From: Pocillopora damicornis
Taxonomy: Eukaryota
Direction: 5' to 3'
DNA: 64,000 bases
Assembly (NCBI RefSeq): GCF_003704095.1
Contig: NW_020844929.1
Span: 62,001 to 126,000 of the forward strand
Numbering within the stretch: the stretch's first letter is position 1; every line of letters begins with the position of its first letter. The notes under the pieces were generated by a model. The model was not told the DNA's origin. It did not search any database and worked only from the letters and a program-made list of their open reading frames with translations. A program made the translations under genes and the position numbers. Below are positions 13,956 through 27,691 of this stretch, one piece after another.

Positions 13956-16900
13956 CTACTGTTGGCCTCAAAGAAATCAGACCGAGAGGTAAAGCTAGTT
14001 CAAGGGTATCGTGCTCTAAAATTTTTACTTTCATCAAGATTATTGAATTCATTGAGGCTTGGAAACAAGACCTAAGATTAGCAGCTTCCGGGCAAATATT
14101 TTTTCCGCTTTTTTGTCTCTCAATACCCGGATCGGATTTGAGGATTACAGGATTTATAATATCGTGAATGCCATTATATTTGCTTCAATTAGTTGTCACT
14201 GAATTTTACGAATCGGAATCTTTCATTGGTTATGAAACATAACAGTTCCATGGAAGCGAATGTTTGAAATATTGCCGCGAGTTTCGTATCTTAGCCGGTT
14301 AACAAAAGGATATTGAAACATTTTCAATTAACTAAAAACTCGACGTCAGAAAAAACCTGTCAGAAAAGGGCTTTGTACACAACCAGCTTTAAACGGACAA
14401 GAAATGTATTTAAAGGAAAGAAGTAATTAAAACCAGCAGTGTGGAAGAACCTCATCTCTGTATTCATCCAAAAGTTAATGTAAGAGCGTGTCTGATACAA
14501 CATCTAACACCTTGATTGACTTTTTCTGCCTACACATAACAAACTCTGAAACGTTAAAGCAAAATACACACGAGCCCTATGGACAAATCGGCGTGACAGA
14601 AAGTTACATTCTTTGATCCGTGTAAGAAGTGCGCCATAAACCACCCAACGAAATAACTGAAAGGCTTCCGACACTCGGAAGCAGCCTCAAGGAAATTTAT
14701 ATTTAAGAGCCCTTTTTCTTCTCACATAACAAACCTGACTCTTTTTAAATCTGGGATGTGACAATTGAATATAAACGGATATAGTTTGCGTGTATCGAGC
14801 CTATGGCATTCGAGAATCTTCACCCGAATTTTCAGAGACATCACGTTCGCTCCGTCGAGTGCTTATGTTTGCCCATGAACCAAATAAGGAAAAACTGTTA
14901 AAAGAACGCCCCAAATAAAACTTAAGTATATTGTTTATGCATCCTCATCGACCTTCATCTACCGTTTTCACACAAATCAAACTTCCTCTGTCCAAAATAA
15001 ACATTTCCCTTATGTCTTGCACCACTTGCAAGTGGGGCAAATGTCCATGCTTTTGGAGGCTAAACAACACAGGTTTAAATTATTGAGACAGATTGAAATG
15101 GAAGGGTTATGGTCAAACACAATGCAAAGCTAAATACAGAAGCACACCTGAACAGAAATGTAGATCACCCTCTGAATGGATTATTTCTGCTAAAATACCC
15201 TTCAAATTCGTTTTATGAATGAAAATTACGCAAAAGATTGAATCAATTACCTATCAAAATTGCCTTTAACCGTCTTGATGCGAAAATTGCACACTATGAG
15301 TTCCTCAGCACGAAGAAGTGATTATAATGCTGAAAGCAAACTCAATTGATGTCGTTTATCAGTTTTCAAATTGACAACTTGAATACTTCATTAGATACCT
15401 AGTCAATCAGACATGACTTTGCCTTCAAAAAAATGTCTAAGGTTAACAATGTACAAGTTCACAAGGAGTAGTCCAATGTACATGAACAATCGAAACTGTA
15501 CAAAGAGATAAAACATGCTTGAAAATGTCTAAGCCATCTTTTAATGAAGAGTGTGATTCTAAGCTCCTAAGAACTTACCTAGTCCAGGCAGCAGACAATG
15601 GGTTTTTTTGCTCAGACTGCACATGCATGCATCTTTGAGGTATGAAATAACCTATTATTTAGCCTAAACTATGCTTGCTGATTTAATTTTTCTGATTTCA
15701 AGCTTCAAGCTTAAAGAATTTTTTACTCATATCTGTTTGGATCAGTTGATTCATTTATTTCTCAAGATAGAAGCTCAAAGAATTGTAAGTTTGTTCATTT
15801 GTACAGATACTCATCCGAGTGCACAGGCCAGAGGTGTTTGTTGTTATTTCGTTTTTTAACTCTTTGCACTGGATCACATTGATAAGAAGGTGAACTGACG
15901 ACTTTTTGATATTGTAATGTTGATCAATGAATTTCTAGAATGAAATTATTCGCAAGCTATAACAGAATAAAAAAGGAGTTACTTAATTCATTGGAACGGC
16001 CTTTCAGGTACATAGCCTAATGCTATTTAACAAGAGTAACTCATCCAGCCTATAGAAAATGCAGGAGATAATCTCGGCCATGATTCGTAAATGCAAACTT
16101 TGCGAAACACTGGCATGTAACAGAAATCAGCATGATGGAAGATGAACGCTTGTAAGAATATTTCTCACAGATGTCACTTTACATCTTGTAGCTCCACTCA
16201 TAGGTAGAGTTTCCCTTCACACCTAACATGTCAAATTTTAATTTCCAATCTAGATCATATATGCCAGTTTATATATTTCCATATCTGCTGTATTGTTATT
16301 CTTTTTTTGTTTTTATTTCCATCCCAGTGTAATTAATTTTAACTTTTCTTGCCTTTCGTTGCAACTCTACCATTATTTGTAGCAATCAAAATCTGTTTAT
16401 TTACGATCACACCTTTAAGAAGACTAAAAGATTGATTCATCGAATTTCACAAAGAAAAGGCTCTAGCTTGATGATGTCACCTTAGACACACCTACAAAAC
16501 AATATTTGACGAAATTAAAGCTTTCGTTCCAAACTGAATCCCTAAAAGACTTTCTTTTAGCGAACTTGTTATTTTTGGATGTGAAGACAAATAATTCCAA
16601 AGAGCACATGCAGTCTTGTCAGCTACCAAAGAGTAAGAGTTATCTTTCTAAAATTCGTACCTTAGGAAATCAGTTTAAATTACTATAAGCTTGACTCCAT
16701 ATCCAAAATCACTATCTAACTAAGGCTTTGAAACTAACTGAAAACCTTACGTCCCGGCTCTCAGATTACGTCCGTTTGTCTTGCCACTTCAGTTTGCGAG
16801 TTGTCAGTTTCAAAAAGTTTTGTTTTAGTTTTATGAACTCATTCATCGCAGGCTACTTCTGTAAGCTTGAATGGAGGGCTGATAATTCTGCTCAAATCAT

Positions 16901-19900
16901 CGATTGAGGAATTTGTTACTGGAAATTATGCTCGGAACGCAGAGGGACGAAGCAAACTGGATCTCCAGCGCTTCAGGCAAATTCACAAGCTTTCCTTGGA
17001 AGGGTAAAATATTTCTTTAATGATAATCAGGTAAACCTGTTACCGAAGATGAAGAAAAATTTCGAAGAAAAAGAATAAAAACATGACTACTTTGCTTAAA
17101 GCTTTAAGCTAGCGGCACTAGCTTAGAGCTTTCAGCGAAGTTTAAGCAGCGTATATGAATAAAAGCATTTCTGGAGATATAACCTCGATAACTTTGATTC
17201 GAGGGCCAGAGCAGCCAGAGCCTTTATTGTTTGTGTCGCAGTAAAAAATTCATGTAGCACTTGCATCCTACAAATACATAGCAGAACTTTCTACATAGTG
17301 TTACCCTTTTCAGAGCTATTGTTTAACCCCGCATCACTGAAGGGAAAACTAATGCAGCGTCTTCTAATAATAATCAACCTACACCTGAATGTCTATTGCT
17401 CTCGAGAGATAATGCCAGATAAATTTGGCGTAGGGCTTAGAGGCTTTCCGTAGTCTTATTTATCTGCATGTCTATCGCCTCCTTCCCAGCTTTACTTTGT
17501 TTAAGGTGATGCTTCAATTCATTTGCATAACGTAATTTTCTTTTAGGATGCTCTACTTTCGTGCAAAACAAACTTTCCTGTTACACACCTAATCATGTTG
17601 AAACTATTCGGCTAACTGTTTATCCAGAGATGCTGCCGCCTTTGAGTCGCTCTACGGTTGAGTGACGTCAAAAATATTCAAGGTGGCACAATGTTTTAAG
17701 TTCTTCCAAAGTATGAGAAAATTTGTAAATGACATTTCCAATTACTGAATACTAGCTAATAACATTTTGGCTCGCCTTATATAAAGAAATAAAAGTTCTT
17801 TCCCACCGCTTTAATTGTCGTTAGACGTCAAAGACATTAAATCGCGAAGCAGACATATTTTGTCGATTTTTCAATTGTTAAGTGAGCCTTTTGCAGACAT
17901 TCAAAAATTATTCATTTAATAAAGGGAATTGGGCTTTTTGAGATGCGAATTGTAGCCAGCTACTCACCGACAATACCTCTCTAGCCTTGATGTAAACAAT
18001 ACGCACTCCTGCAGCTTACGTTTGTCACTTAAAACTGAATCTTTCAAGTCCTGCATATTTTACACCAATTAATGTCATTTACCCCATTTGACAAGTTGCA
18101 TATTTATTAGGTTCATGGTATGTAGCATGAACGTTAGTCAAAAACAAAACGTTTTGCATTTAGTTCATAAGTTTTTATCCTTTACCTTAATGCTTATGAC
18201 AAGGGTATACTTTAAGTGTCAGCTATTGTAAACATTTAGTTTTTTTTCTCTCCTCATCAGTTTGCAGCTTCTCTGTTAACTTATGATTTTGTGCACGTGA
18301 AATTTGCAATGCCACGTTTATCCTTGGTAATTTTAAAGATTTGCAGCCCTGACTGAATCTGCGCAAAGGTATACTTCTAAAAGTAAATTGTGAGCTTAAT
18401 TTTAAGAAGCATTGGAGAATGATCGAAGTTTATAACAGAATTGTTTTGATTTTGAAGACACGAAAACGATTTAAGATGCTTTGCAGGGCAACATCATTAA
18501 AAACACCTGTAGGATGTTACACTTGACTTTCACAGTTCTCTTGAGTTCTGCCTTCGTCTCTCTGCGAGAATAGCCGACGGGATTGCAAATACGTAAATGT
18601 TTGTATAACTGTCTGATTTCTGGCTTTGCTCATTTTTGACCGTATATTTTATTTTTTCTTCCTTCCTTTTTTCCTTCCTATTCTCCTTCCGGCTAGTTAT
18701 GAAAATATCTCATTTTCAACACACTATGTCGAAATGTAGAAATCGAATGTTAAACTTTTGTAAAGCGAGAAACATTTGCACTTCATGCTTCCGCTCTTTT
18801 CATATTCTTAGAAAACTATACACCAAAATATTTTTTAAAATCAAGTTTCCCTTCCAGTTCCTGATTGCCAAAATAAGAGCAAACGATGCACCATACTAAC
18901 CTGTATATGTAAGAATTTCTTTGCCGTTCCACGATGAACAAGAGCAGATTAAATCTATAGTTTTTCCAATCTTCTGTTAAAAAGGATTCGTTTACATTGT
19001 ACATGGTTGGTTGATAAGCACACAGAAAGCGGAACAAAACCCTTGCCATGGCGCGGAAAATAAGGCTCCGAAATGGACAAAGCCTCGTGAACCTCCGGAA
19101 ATGCTAAGGAAATGACGCTCCGGAAGGAACAACATACCACTCAATCGAGCGAAATACGGCGCATTTTTACAAAAACAGGAAGAAGAAGTTTTAACGGCTT
19201 TTTTTTACCTGCAAATATGCATATTGCTAGATTTGTCCCATGTTGATTACTCTTTGAAGATCGAGCATTGTCATTCAGTCACGCAACTAACTATTTTATG
19301 CTGATTTCCTTTCCTCGAAATATGAAGATCTCTTTACCAAAGAATCAATTCACGCGCCTTGTCAATTTTTGGTTGATATCTAAAGAAAAAAAGGGTTAGG
19401 CATTAAGATTCTTATCTTCGAAATCTAAGCAAAAGACAGCAACGTAGGAAACTTCATGTTTTGATATGGTTGGATTCTTTCCCGTCATCCTAGTAGGATC
19501 GATAACTTGCTGAGGGCCAATAGCGTGGTTTGAACATGCTGTTTGATAAAATGTTACAAGATGTTACTCGACGCATACTCAATTCATCTGGAGCCTGATG
19601 TGCCCAGATGAGGAAAAAGGTTACATATCGGTGGTAAGAAGCATGGTTGTGGTGAAATTCTACGACTTTCATATGTTCTGTGCGTTCTGTATCACCAATG
19701 GTCTGGAGAACTCGAAACATATGAAGGAAATTTCTTTGGATGAAAATCGATGCAACAAAAAGAGACCATTTACCCAAAACGGAAAAAAAAATACTTATGC
19801 CCTCAAATTAGGTAGGGCAAATTGAATTCTGCACTTGTTTCTTTACGGCTTCCTTTCGTGACACAACAAAAATTATTCCGCTTTGGTAGGACGGCTAAGT

Positions 19901-21214
19901 GTAAGGTTGGTACCTGAAGTACGAAGATCACTGCATATTGGAGTGAAAATAAGAATAAGTGCGTCGTGCATGCATCTTTTTCCCCTTTTTGATTTTAACC
20001 TCACCATCTCACACCCTGCCCAAGGAACTTTATCATTATCCTTCATGCATCTTAAACTAGCAGCTTCAAAGAACGCTGAGAGAAACACGAAATCCATGTA
20101 TTAGCACCACCGACCAGTGCTTACATTAGTTTATATTCAACTCAGCTAGCACAGATGAAAATAATATGATCAATAATGTCGATTTAAAAGTCTAACTCAT
20201 TTATTTAAATATTCAATCCTGTTCGATCTGGGTCGCGTGTGTTTCCTACAGAATGACCTTGTCTATAAATTTCCCTTTCCCCGACCAAGGATTTCAAAAG
20301 TGTGATGTCAATTTGTAAATAAAATATTCAAATGATTTCTTCTTCTCTTCGTTTGAAAACTGGGAAAACGAATATCGTTAGATGAACAAGAAAGGAGAAC
20401 ACTACTGAGCTGGCGTCATACTAGCGTCAAGCCGATGTCACACTTTGTTCATTTACTATTGTTCATTTTTGTATGATGTACCGTAGAAAAGCAAAGTTGT
20501 AATACCTTGAAATAGCTACAGTATGATTAACTAAGATCTCATGATGCGGCCTCTTCTCCTTGGGGTTTTTTCCCTTCTAACAAAAGAGGGATCCAAAACA
20601 CTAGCACAATCCCAAAGTTTGTTCAACACATTTGTGATTAATCACTTAAGTTAACTATTAGTATCCATTCAATGGACAACTGTATAATACGTGTTAAATG
20701 AATAAGCTTTAAGAAGATTTGATCGGAGCTGATCCTTGAGTTTCTGTTCTATTATCAGACAAAATCATCCCTTAGCTTAATGTTTGACTGAAATCAAAAT
20801 GTATCATACTTATTGTGTTTGTTGTGAGCGGCAAAGACATCAACGCTTGTATGTTAAGAAAATTTTTCAATGTACGACTGCATGGATCTATCATATTTAC
20901 AAGGTTAAACCCCTATGCACTGATGTTCATTTGAGTTTAAAAAGAAAACAATCATGAAAGAGAGAAGAAACAAAGAAAACAAACCAATCTGGTGAAGGTT
21001 TCAGCCGAACTTGAACCTTCACCATTCCCTTAATGAGTTCGGTGATTATGGAATAAACATTAGTTCCTCAGGACTGCGGGATATACTTTTCTTTTCTTAA
21101 AGAATTAATAGTTTTTAAACTCGACATAAATACAATTCAATGAGCCTTGAGAGAAACGGGTAAATTCCAACTTGCTGGGAATACTAAAATATTGTTACTT
21201 TCATTCCTTTGTAG

Positions 21215-21769
21215 TTACTGTTGGTCTCTGAGCCATTTGGCCAAATCATGCGATTTGTCATGAGATGCGGCAACCTTATCGTTTAAGTCCTCAACTTGCT
21301 GTTTTGTCAAAGGTGTAGCAGGTCTGAATTTTACCACCTTCTCCATACTTCCTGATAGGTCTGGCAGAACACTCGTGCTCTTTGCACGGGACCTTTTTAT
21401 GCTATCTGTCGCTATTGCCTTCCAATCACCTACTAAATGTTTATTCGTCGCTGCATCTCCTTGGGTTATCTTCGGCAATTTGCTTTCGTGAAAATTTCTA
21501 CCATTACTGGGGCAAAATTCTTGACACCTTTGATTGTCCCTGATTAGGGAGCCATCTCTTTCTTGAAGGGAATATACGATTTCTGACTGCGACCTGAAAT
21601 GGCTTCCGCCGGCTTCTCGAGCACAAAATATTTGTGTATCGTCGCATCTCGATCGCAGAAGATCGGTCGAGGGTGACTGAAGTTCGTGGCTAAGAACTCG
21701 ATACGCGTTTTGTTTGTTTATACGACTATTGCTACTTTGTTTCCTGGGCAATGAATCCTTTGCGCTCAT
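21215..21769 (-). CDS. Orphan array member B (~184 aa from ATG 21769), C-terminal W-x3-Q motif and RVxF-like KVVKF
   Basis: First ATG of ORF 21215..21886 is at 21769. Ends QQVEDLNDKVAASHDKSHDLAKWLRDQQ; contains SKLPKI, RKQS, HFRSQS. Confidence 0.72.
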   Translation of the reverse strand: MSAKDSLPRKQSSNSRINKQNAYRVLSHELQSPSTDLLRSRCDDTQIFCAREAGGSHFRSQSEIVYSLQERDGSLIRDNQRCQEFCPSNGRNFHESKLPKITQGDAATNKHLVGDWKAIATDSIKRSRAKSTSVLPDLSGSMEKVVKFRPATPLTKQQVEDLNDKVAASHDKSHDLAKWLRDQQ

Positions 21770-24110
21770 CGTCCTTGAAATTGAACTGATGAAGACAAAG
21801 ACGATTTTAATTACAAGGAATTTTTTCCCAAAGAACGTTTTGCACTTCAAAGGATTAACCTCAGCAATCTGACGCCAACTTGACACTAAAACGTCAAAAG
21901 TTTTGGAATCTTATTTTCTTAAACTTAATCTTCTGCTAAATTTGATGGAACTGATCTTATATTATCTACTTTCATACCTCAAAAAACGATTGCTGCAAGA
22001 GTATATTTCCATTTGTGTAATTTATGATTTCATTGTTAGGATAATATGGAGGGATCTTCAAATCATAATTTGTTTCATGAGGGGTGGAAAACATAAGCTG
22101 TTGTCTTAATTTGTGACAACTTTTTTTACCCTAAAAGATCTTCTTAGCATGAATTTCGTAATCCCGAAGATATTTGAAGGGATTAACTTTCAAGTACTGC
22201 AAACATGTTATCCTCTACATTCTTTTGTGTCGATTAAAGGAATTGTTGAGAAAGCTCATACAAATCAATTTAATTACCTTATTCATATTTAAGTTCAATT
22301 TGGGGCACAAAATTTTTCGATTGAAGTTCGCGTCTCAGATTTTTGTGTCAATTTTGCAGCATAATACAGCTTTGGCTTTATCCCATATGTCAGTTCGGCC
22401 TCTATAGTTATTAATCTGAAGAATGATAATGCCAGTATTCTGAGCATACTTACTTTAACGTTGGAAGCACACGTCCAAATTGGAAAGAATTGGAATCGTG
22501 CTGAAACAACTTTTAAGCTGTTGTTCAAAGGTACCAACTTAAAGCTTGCAGCGTGGGTGCACCCGGCCTATTAAGGCAGTACCTTACTAGTTGATCCTCG
22601 AATGTCACTTTGGCATCAATTGAGTGCCTCGATTTGACAGAAAATCAGCTTTCCTTAGGCGATTATGAATATTTAAAGTCTTAAACTCTTCAAGGGACGT
22701 TAATTACGATAGAGTTGCTATATGATTTTTATTTTCCTTTTATAATTTTGCATAACCTACAACCTTCCCTCGCGGAAAACCATCGCCCTGAGGCTTGCAA
22801 TTGATTTTGTCTTAGATTAAAAAAAAACTATGCTTTTTGGTGAATACTGATTCGATGAAGAAGGCGGTCATTCATATTTTATTAAACACATTCCGAAACA
22901 CTCCAAGATTAGTCTCACAAAAATTTTCTTTTTCAGTTAACGTCAGTTTTAATTAGTTGTTGCAAGTGCTTCTTGCGCCTTAATTTATTGAATTCTTGAT
23001 GAATTTGCTGGCCCATTGCCGATGTAATTTCTTTTTACATCAAAGAAAGCGCTTTGAATTAAACAGCCTTTAATTCAGAGAGAATAAAATAAAACTGACA
23101 CACTCAGCCAGTAACATAGCTTTACTGTAAAATAAAATCTGTAAATAGTTTCTATAACTAATGACAAAAAGTCAAATCTTCCGACATGTATATCAGTGTG
23201 TCGCCAGTTAAACATTGCTAATGAAAAAGAAATCAATGTCCGAACGTTTTCGGATTTATTCCCGCCAAACTTCAACTAGAAAACCGCAAACTCAAGGATG
23301 GCTTTCCCAGCAAGTTCCACGCTTGATGTAATTGCTCGCCATTACCGGTGGGAAGCTATCATCATATCTATAAAACACTATTCAACTGGCTCACCATACA
23401 ATGATCAGGACGTGACGCATCGGAAGGAACAACATACCTCTCAATTGCACTTTCGATCAATCAAACTCATTATTAAGTGATCAATTTTGTCTTTACTTTC
23501 CCATATCGCCAGCATCTGTGGTACGGTTTCAGAATATATAGTTCTCGCTTTGAAATATCGATAGGGCAATTTCCACTGACCTCTATGGTCGATTATGAAA
23601 ACACTTTCACCTGAAGTATCACTAAGAATTGCTAGAGATTTTCTTGATAAGTGTTTGTTTGCCCTTCTAAGACGATTTCAACCAGGAAGTAACATAGCTC
23701 AGTTAAATAAAAGTTTTTGAATTCTTTCATGACGACAAAAATGAGCATTTTCATCGGTCAGAAAAGCAGTGAATCACTACTAGATCTTACATGGGATTAA
23801 AAACATGCCTCCTTAAAGTTCTGATACTATTAGTGTTCGGTGAGAAATCTACAGAATGAAACATCAACGGTTTATTTATTCTTTAAGCGTTTCAAAAAAA
23901 AAAAAACTCGAGAGAGATGTGTTGATATGCGTACATGTACTTTTTATTAATTTAAAACTGATTGAAAAAGATCAGCAGCTAAATACATAACTTAGAAACT
24001 AGATTTGTAAACACGCTGAAATAAATACGATGGCAAATATACTTTTAAGTAATCTATAAAAATGTTTTAAATCAGTTCTTGTCCTACTGTCTCAGGCATT
24101 GTAATTAGTA

Positions 24111-25046
24111 TCAGGTATAAGAATCGCCACTTTGTTGGTAGAGTTTCAGTCGCTCCCTTTTTCGCATTTCAAGTTTGTATACAATGGCATCACTCAGGCA
24201 GCTGTGTTGAATTTTTGTTTGACATGAAAGGTGATGGTTGGATTGCCTTTTCCGTAGTGTTGGCTTTGACCGGGATCTTTCCAATTGCTCTTTGATATCG
24301 TCAGCAAAATCAACTCTTCGGGTGTTTTGAATGCTTTTTATATCCTCAAATTTGCGCCCTTCTTGAGCTACGTGACTGAAATTGGTGACTGCGCCAGCAA
24401 ACACTGTTGGGCAGGATACGTCAGAGAGCGAGCCAGCAAGCTGTCTTTTCACAAAAGCTGAGTAAGGGCCAGGTTTCAACTCCGTTTCTTCCACAGTTCG
24501 ATTTCCAGAAAGAGGAATGAGTCCTGAGTCAACCGACAAACTTCTCGTCAACCATCTTTGTTTCTGCTTATCAAGATAGCTATGGATCATTCTCGAGCCT
24601 CTGAGCCTTTCTGCTAAGATCTCATTCCTGTTTCCACGTTTTCCTTCACCTGAGCCACCTGCTGGCTTTTGGTTAATCGGAGGAAGAAAGCTGGATTTAA
24701 GAATCTTCCTTGTGAGGCTGTTGAATGCGTTGACATCTTCAAGGGAAAGGTTTTCAAGAGCGTATTCGAGTTGTTCGTTGCTACGTTTCTTTTGTTGTTT
24801 CAAAGCGCTTCGCTCGATGTCTTGAAGTCTTTTTTGCAGTCTCCGTTCCTCAAAACCGTTTTTCTTTGTAGTTTCATCGGCGATTTCGCTCGTTAATGAT
24901 CGTTTCTTTTCCAAAAAGCTCATTTCTACCCTTACAGATCGATATTTAACAGGACGTGAAGAATGCTGTCCATGGTCACGAAGATTCGTGATACTCAAAC
25001 GCTCTGCTGATCTGCAAAATCGATACACGCCAGTGACCCGAATCAT
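24111..25046 (-). CDS. Single-exon protein with CCDC190-like coiled coil plus disordered region (orphan gene J); start may be the ATG at 24923
   Basis: 311-aa ORF. EIADETTKKNGFEERRL-x20-EQL aligns to gene I. Contains SFLPPI, LTRSLSV and RRVDF (RVxF). Confidence 0.75.
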   Translation of the reverse strand: MIRVTGVYRFCRSAERLSITNLRDHGQHSSRPVKYRSVRVEMSFLEKKRSLTSEIADETTKKNGFEERRLQKRLQDIERSALKQQKKRSNEQLEYALENLSLEDVNAFNSLTRKILKSSFLPPINQKPAGGSGEGKRGNRNEILAERLRGSRMIHSYLDKQKQRWLTRSLSVDSGLIPLSGNRTVEETELKPGPYSAFVKRQLAGSLSDVSCPTVFAGAVTNFSHVAQEGRKFEDIKSIQNTRRVDFADDIKEQLERSRSKPTLRKRQSNHHLSCQTKIQHSCLSDAIVYKLEMRKRERLKLYQQSGDSYT

Positions 25047-26731
25047 AAATATGTCCTACGCATAGAGAGATGATGCAGTGTAGAACTTATGAACTTTTAC
25101 ACTGCGCAACTTGTGAAATTTAATTTTTCTTGTTTCAGAATTTTTCCTTTTTTTTCGGTTTGGAAACCCTGGGTGCAGACTGGTAGTGCAACCATTTGTC
25201 AAATGTCATGGACTGAACACTAGGATATTTCAATATCAACAAAGAACGTCAACAAAGAGCGTGAGATTACTCAATTTCCAAGCTTGTGTTGACACTCTCT
25301 TTCTTGTACTGAAACTCATTTTTGAATAAATAAAATATCTTCATTTTTTTCTTTCGAAGGAATCACAATACAGTTGTTCGATAGCATTCTTGTTTTTCGA
25401 CACGTATAGGGTGGTCACTCTTCCGGAACCATAGCCAAATTGCGCCTAAAGCGACCATGCGCAAGGAGGAATAAACACAAAAGCAAATGAACCTTATCAC
25501 GAGCAAGATCAGAAACTTTGGAATCAATCTGTTGTTACATGCTTTCTGAATACGTTGTTGCAAGGGCATAATTCAGTAATACTCACTTTATTTCTTATAA
25601 TTCTTCAGTTAAAACCATGTAAGAGAATAAGAATATTTCTACTAAATCAACACAAACAAATATATTGGTCATACGTTTCCGCCTTCAGTTGACTAAACAA
25701 GGACAATCTCTCGTAATTAAAATGACTTTTGCACTGAAACCAAGGTACGATTGACCAATCTTTTTGCTCAGAAAAGGGAAATTTCAACACTCCCTAATAT
25801 ATGGGAATGATTGTTATTCGGATATTTTAGAGAACGGGAACTGACGTGCTGTACCACCATTACTCTCGGACTTTATTGAGGCAAGTGATTTGATGGTGAA
25901 AAGTATTGAATTGAGTGATGTTCAATATCGACGTTGAAGTAAGGTCACGAGTGAACATTATTGAATGCTTTTTTTAAATATCATTGTCCTGAACAATAGC
26001 CTAGTTGTCTCTGTGGTCGATAAGCGTGGGAAATATATGCAGCTAAAGAATTGCGATTGGTAATTATAACTAAAGTTCAAGAACTTTTTGGCATCTTTAA
26101 ATTCCATTTAAGGTTGCTAATGAATACGCATTATTCTTAACAACACAATCGCGTCGAAATGTCATATTGTCTAATTTTGATCATAATGTCCCATTAATTT
26201 AAGCGGCCAACGACCTTTCCTTTCATGCGGTTTTGATTCTAATATTCCACAGTCACTTGCGTCCAAAAACAACCATATTTGTTGCAATATGTGAAAATTG
26301 ACCAAGGGTAAAGAAGCACTCCTGGAAATGGAACTCGTTTCCATTGTTTGATGCAATCTTGTGATCGGCTTTCAAGAATCTGTTTTCTTTAGCCATTATT
26401 TTTGGCCAGGGGAAACATTTGTCAATAGTAGACCTTGGACTATGGGAACTAACAAAGCAACAAATAAGTAAAAGATAAACAATTCAATGATAGATTACCA
26501 ACGGCGATTACAGAGCCACCTTATTTCCGAGAGACGAGAGGTGTGGAAGTATTAAACATTCAGAAAAGTTAACGCAGTGTCTAGCCAAACAAAGGACTCT
26601 TAGACCTTTTTCAAGAACATTCTCCTATAAGAGTCAAGTGGTCGATCTTTATCTGCTGCATATTATCACAAGGATCTACTCTGTCAGAATCCTACAAGGA
26701 ACTTCAATTAAAAAAGCCGGATAGAAGAGAC

Positions 26732-27691
26732 ATGGATGAGACAAAACTGTTTCAGCCTAGAACTAGACGGCGTATTGCTTCGCTTCCAGAGACGTCTTTA
26801 ACGGAAATTATTACTTCCGTTGAAAGGAAAAGGCACACTTCTTCTGTTGCAGAACTGCCAAGAAACTTTCGAACTGGTAAAAGACATTCTCTTGATTCGC
26901 CTTACAGCTCCTCCAGGCATTACTTAATAGAAGAGTCTGAATTTCCCTTTAACGACGGCTTTAAATTTCACCCTAAGCCTCGAGAGGAAGAAAAGGCCAC
27001 AGCTGAAGAAACAAACAGTGATTTGGGAACAAGGCTGGCTCGTTTTCCTGCGCTACCAACATCCCCTGTAACATGTAATATTTCTCCATTTGAGGAAGCT
27101 GCAAGTCTCAACAGGATACACTCAGGGAAAGATTACGAGAGAAAAGAAACTGGACGAACTTCAAGCATGGAAAAGCCGTGGGTTAAAGAAGAAGTTACTG
27201 ACGCATTATCTTCTCTTACGGGTACGAAATCCTCACTTCCACGAATCAAACGAGCAGTGAACGATTCCAGAAGGCTCTCCCTTCCGATCTCAAAAGAAAA
27301 TACAACAGAACTTCACACGACCGCCTTTCTATCAAGAGTAAACTCGGTGGAAGGTCGTGAATCGCAAACAGAAGTGGCTCATCCTTTGCCTTCGTTGGTG
27401 TGTGCAGGCTTCATTAACCCACCGAGTAAGCAGTCGGACAAACTCACTTTTGATGAAACAGACAATCCAGCAAAGTTATTTCCCAGAGACAAGGGGTCTT
27501 TTGATTGCAATCGCGCGAATCTTATAAGCCATCCTGCAGATGGCAAATCAGATGAAAGCGTTGAAGAAACCGATAAAGCACAAGCGCTGAGAACACATGT
27601 GGAGGATGCAGCAGTTGATTTCAACGAAGTCGAGACCAAGGCTGTTATGTTAGTTGAATGGCTCTGGGATCAATCGAACGTCAACTCGTGA
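26732..27691 (+). CDS. Orphan array member C (319 aa)
   Basis: Long ATG ORF, clear paralogue of 32790..33647. Ends THVEDAAVDFNEVETKAVMLVEWLWDQSNVNS; contains RRIASLP, KRHSL, RRLSLP, SSLPRI. Confidence 0.82.
   Translation: MDETKLFQPRTRRRIASLPETSLTEIITSVERKRHTSSVAELPRNFRTGKRHSLDSPYSSSRHYLIEESEFPFNDGFKFHPKPREEEKATAEETNSDLGTRLARFPALPTSPVTCNISPFEEAASLNRIHSGKDYERKETGRTSSMEKPWVKEEVTDALSSLTGTKSSLPRIKRAVNDSRRLSLPISKENTTELHTTAFLSRVNSVEGRESQTEVAHPLPSLVCAGFINPPSKQSDKLTFDETDNPAKLFPRDKGSFDCNRANLISHPADGKSDESVEETDKAQALRTHVEDAAVDFNEVETKAVMLVEWLWDQSNVNS

Noticed and set aside
16885-17008. Short frame LLKSSIEEFVTGNYARNAEG... faintly like the array motif start
   Set aside because: No K-x3-L-x2-W-x3-Q and no long ORF; not supportable as a pseudogene.
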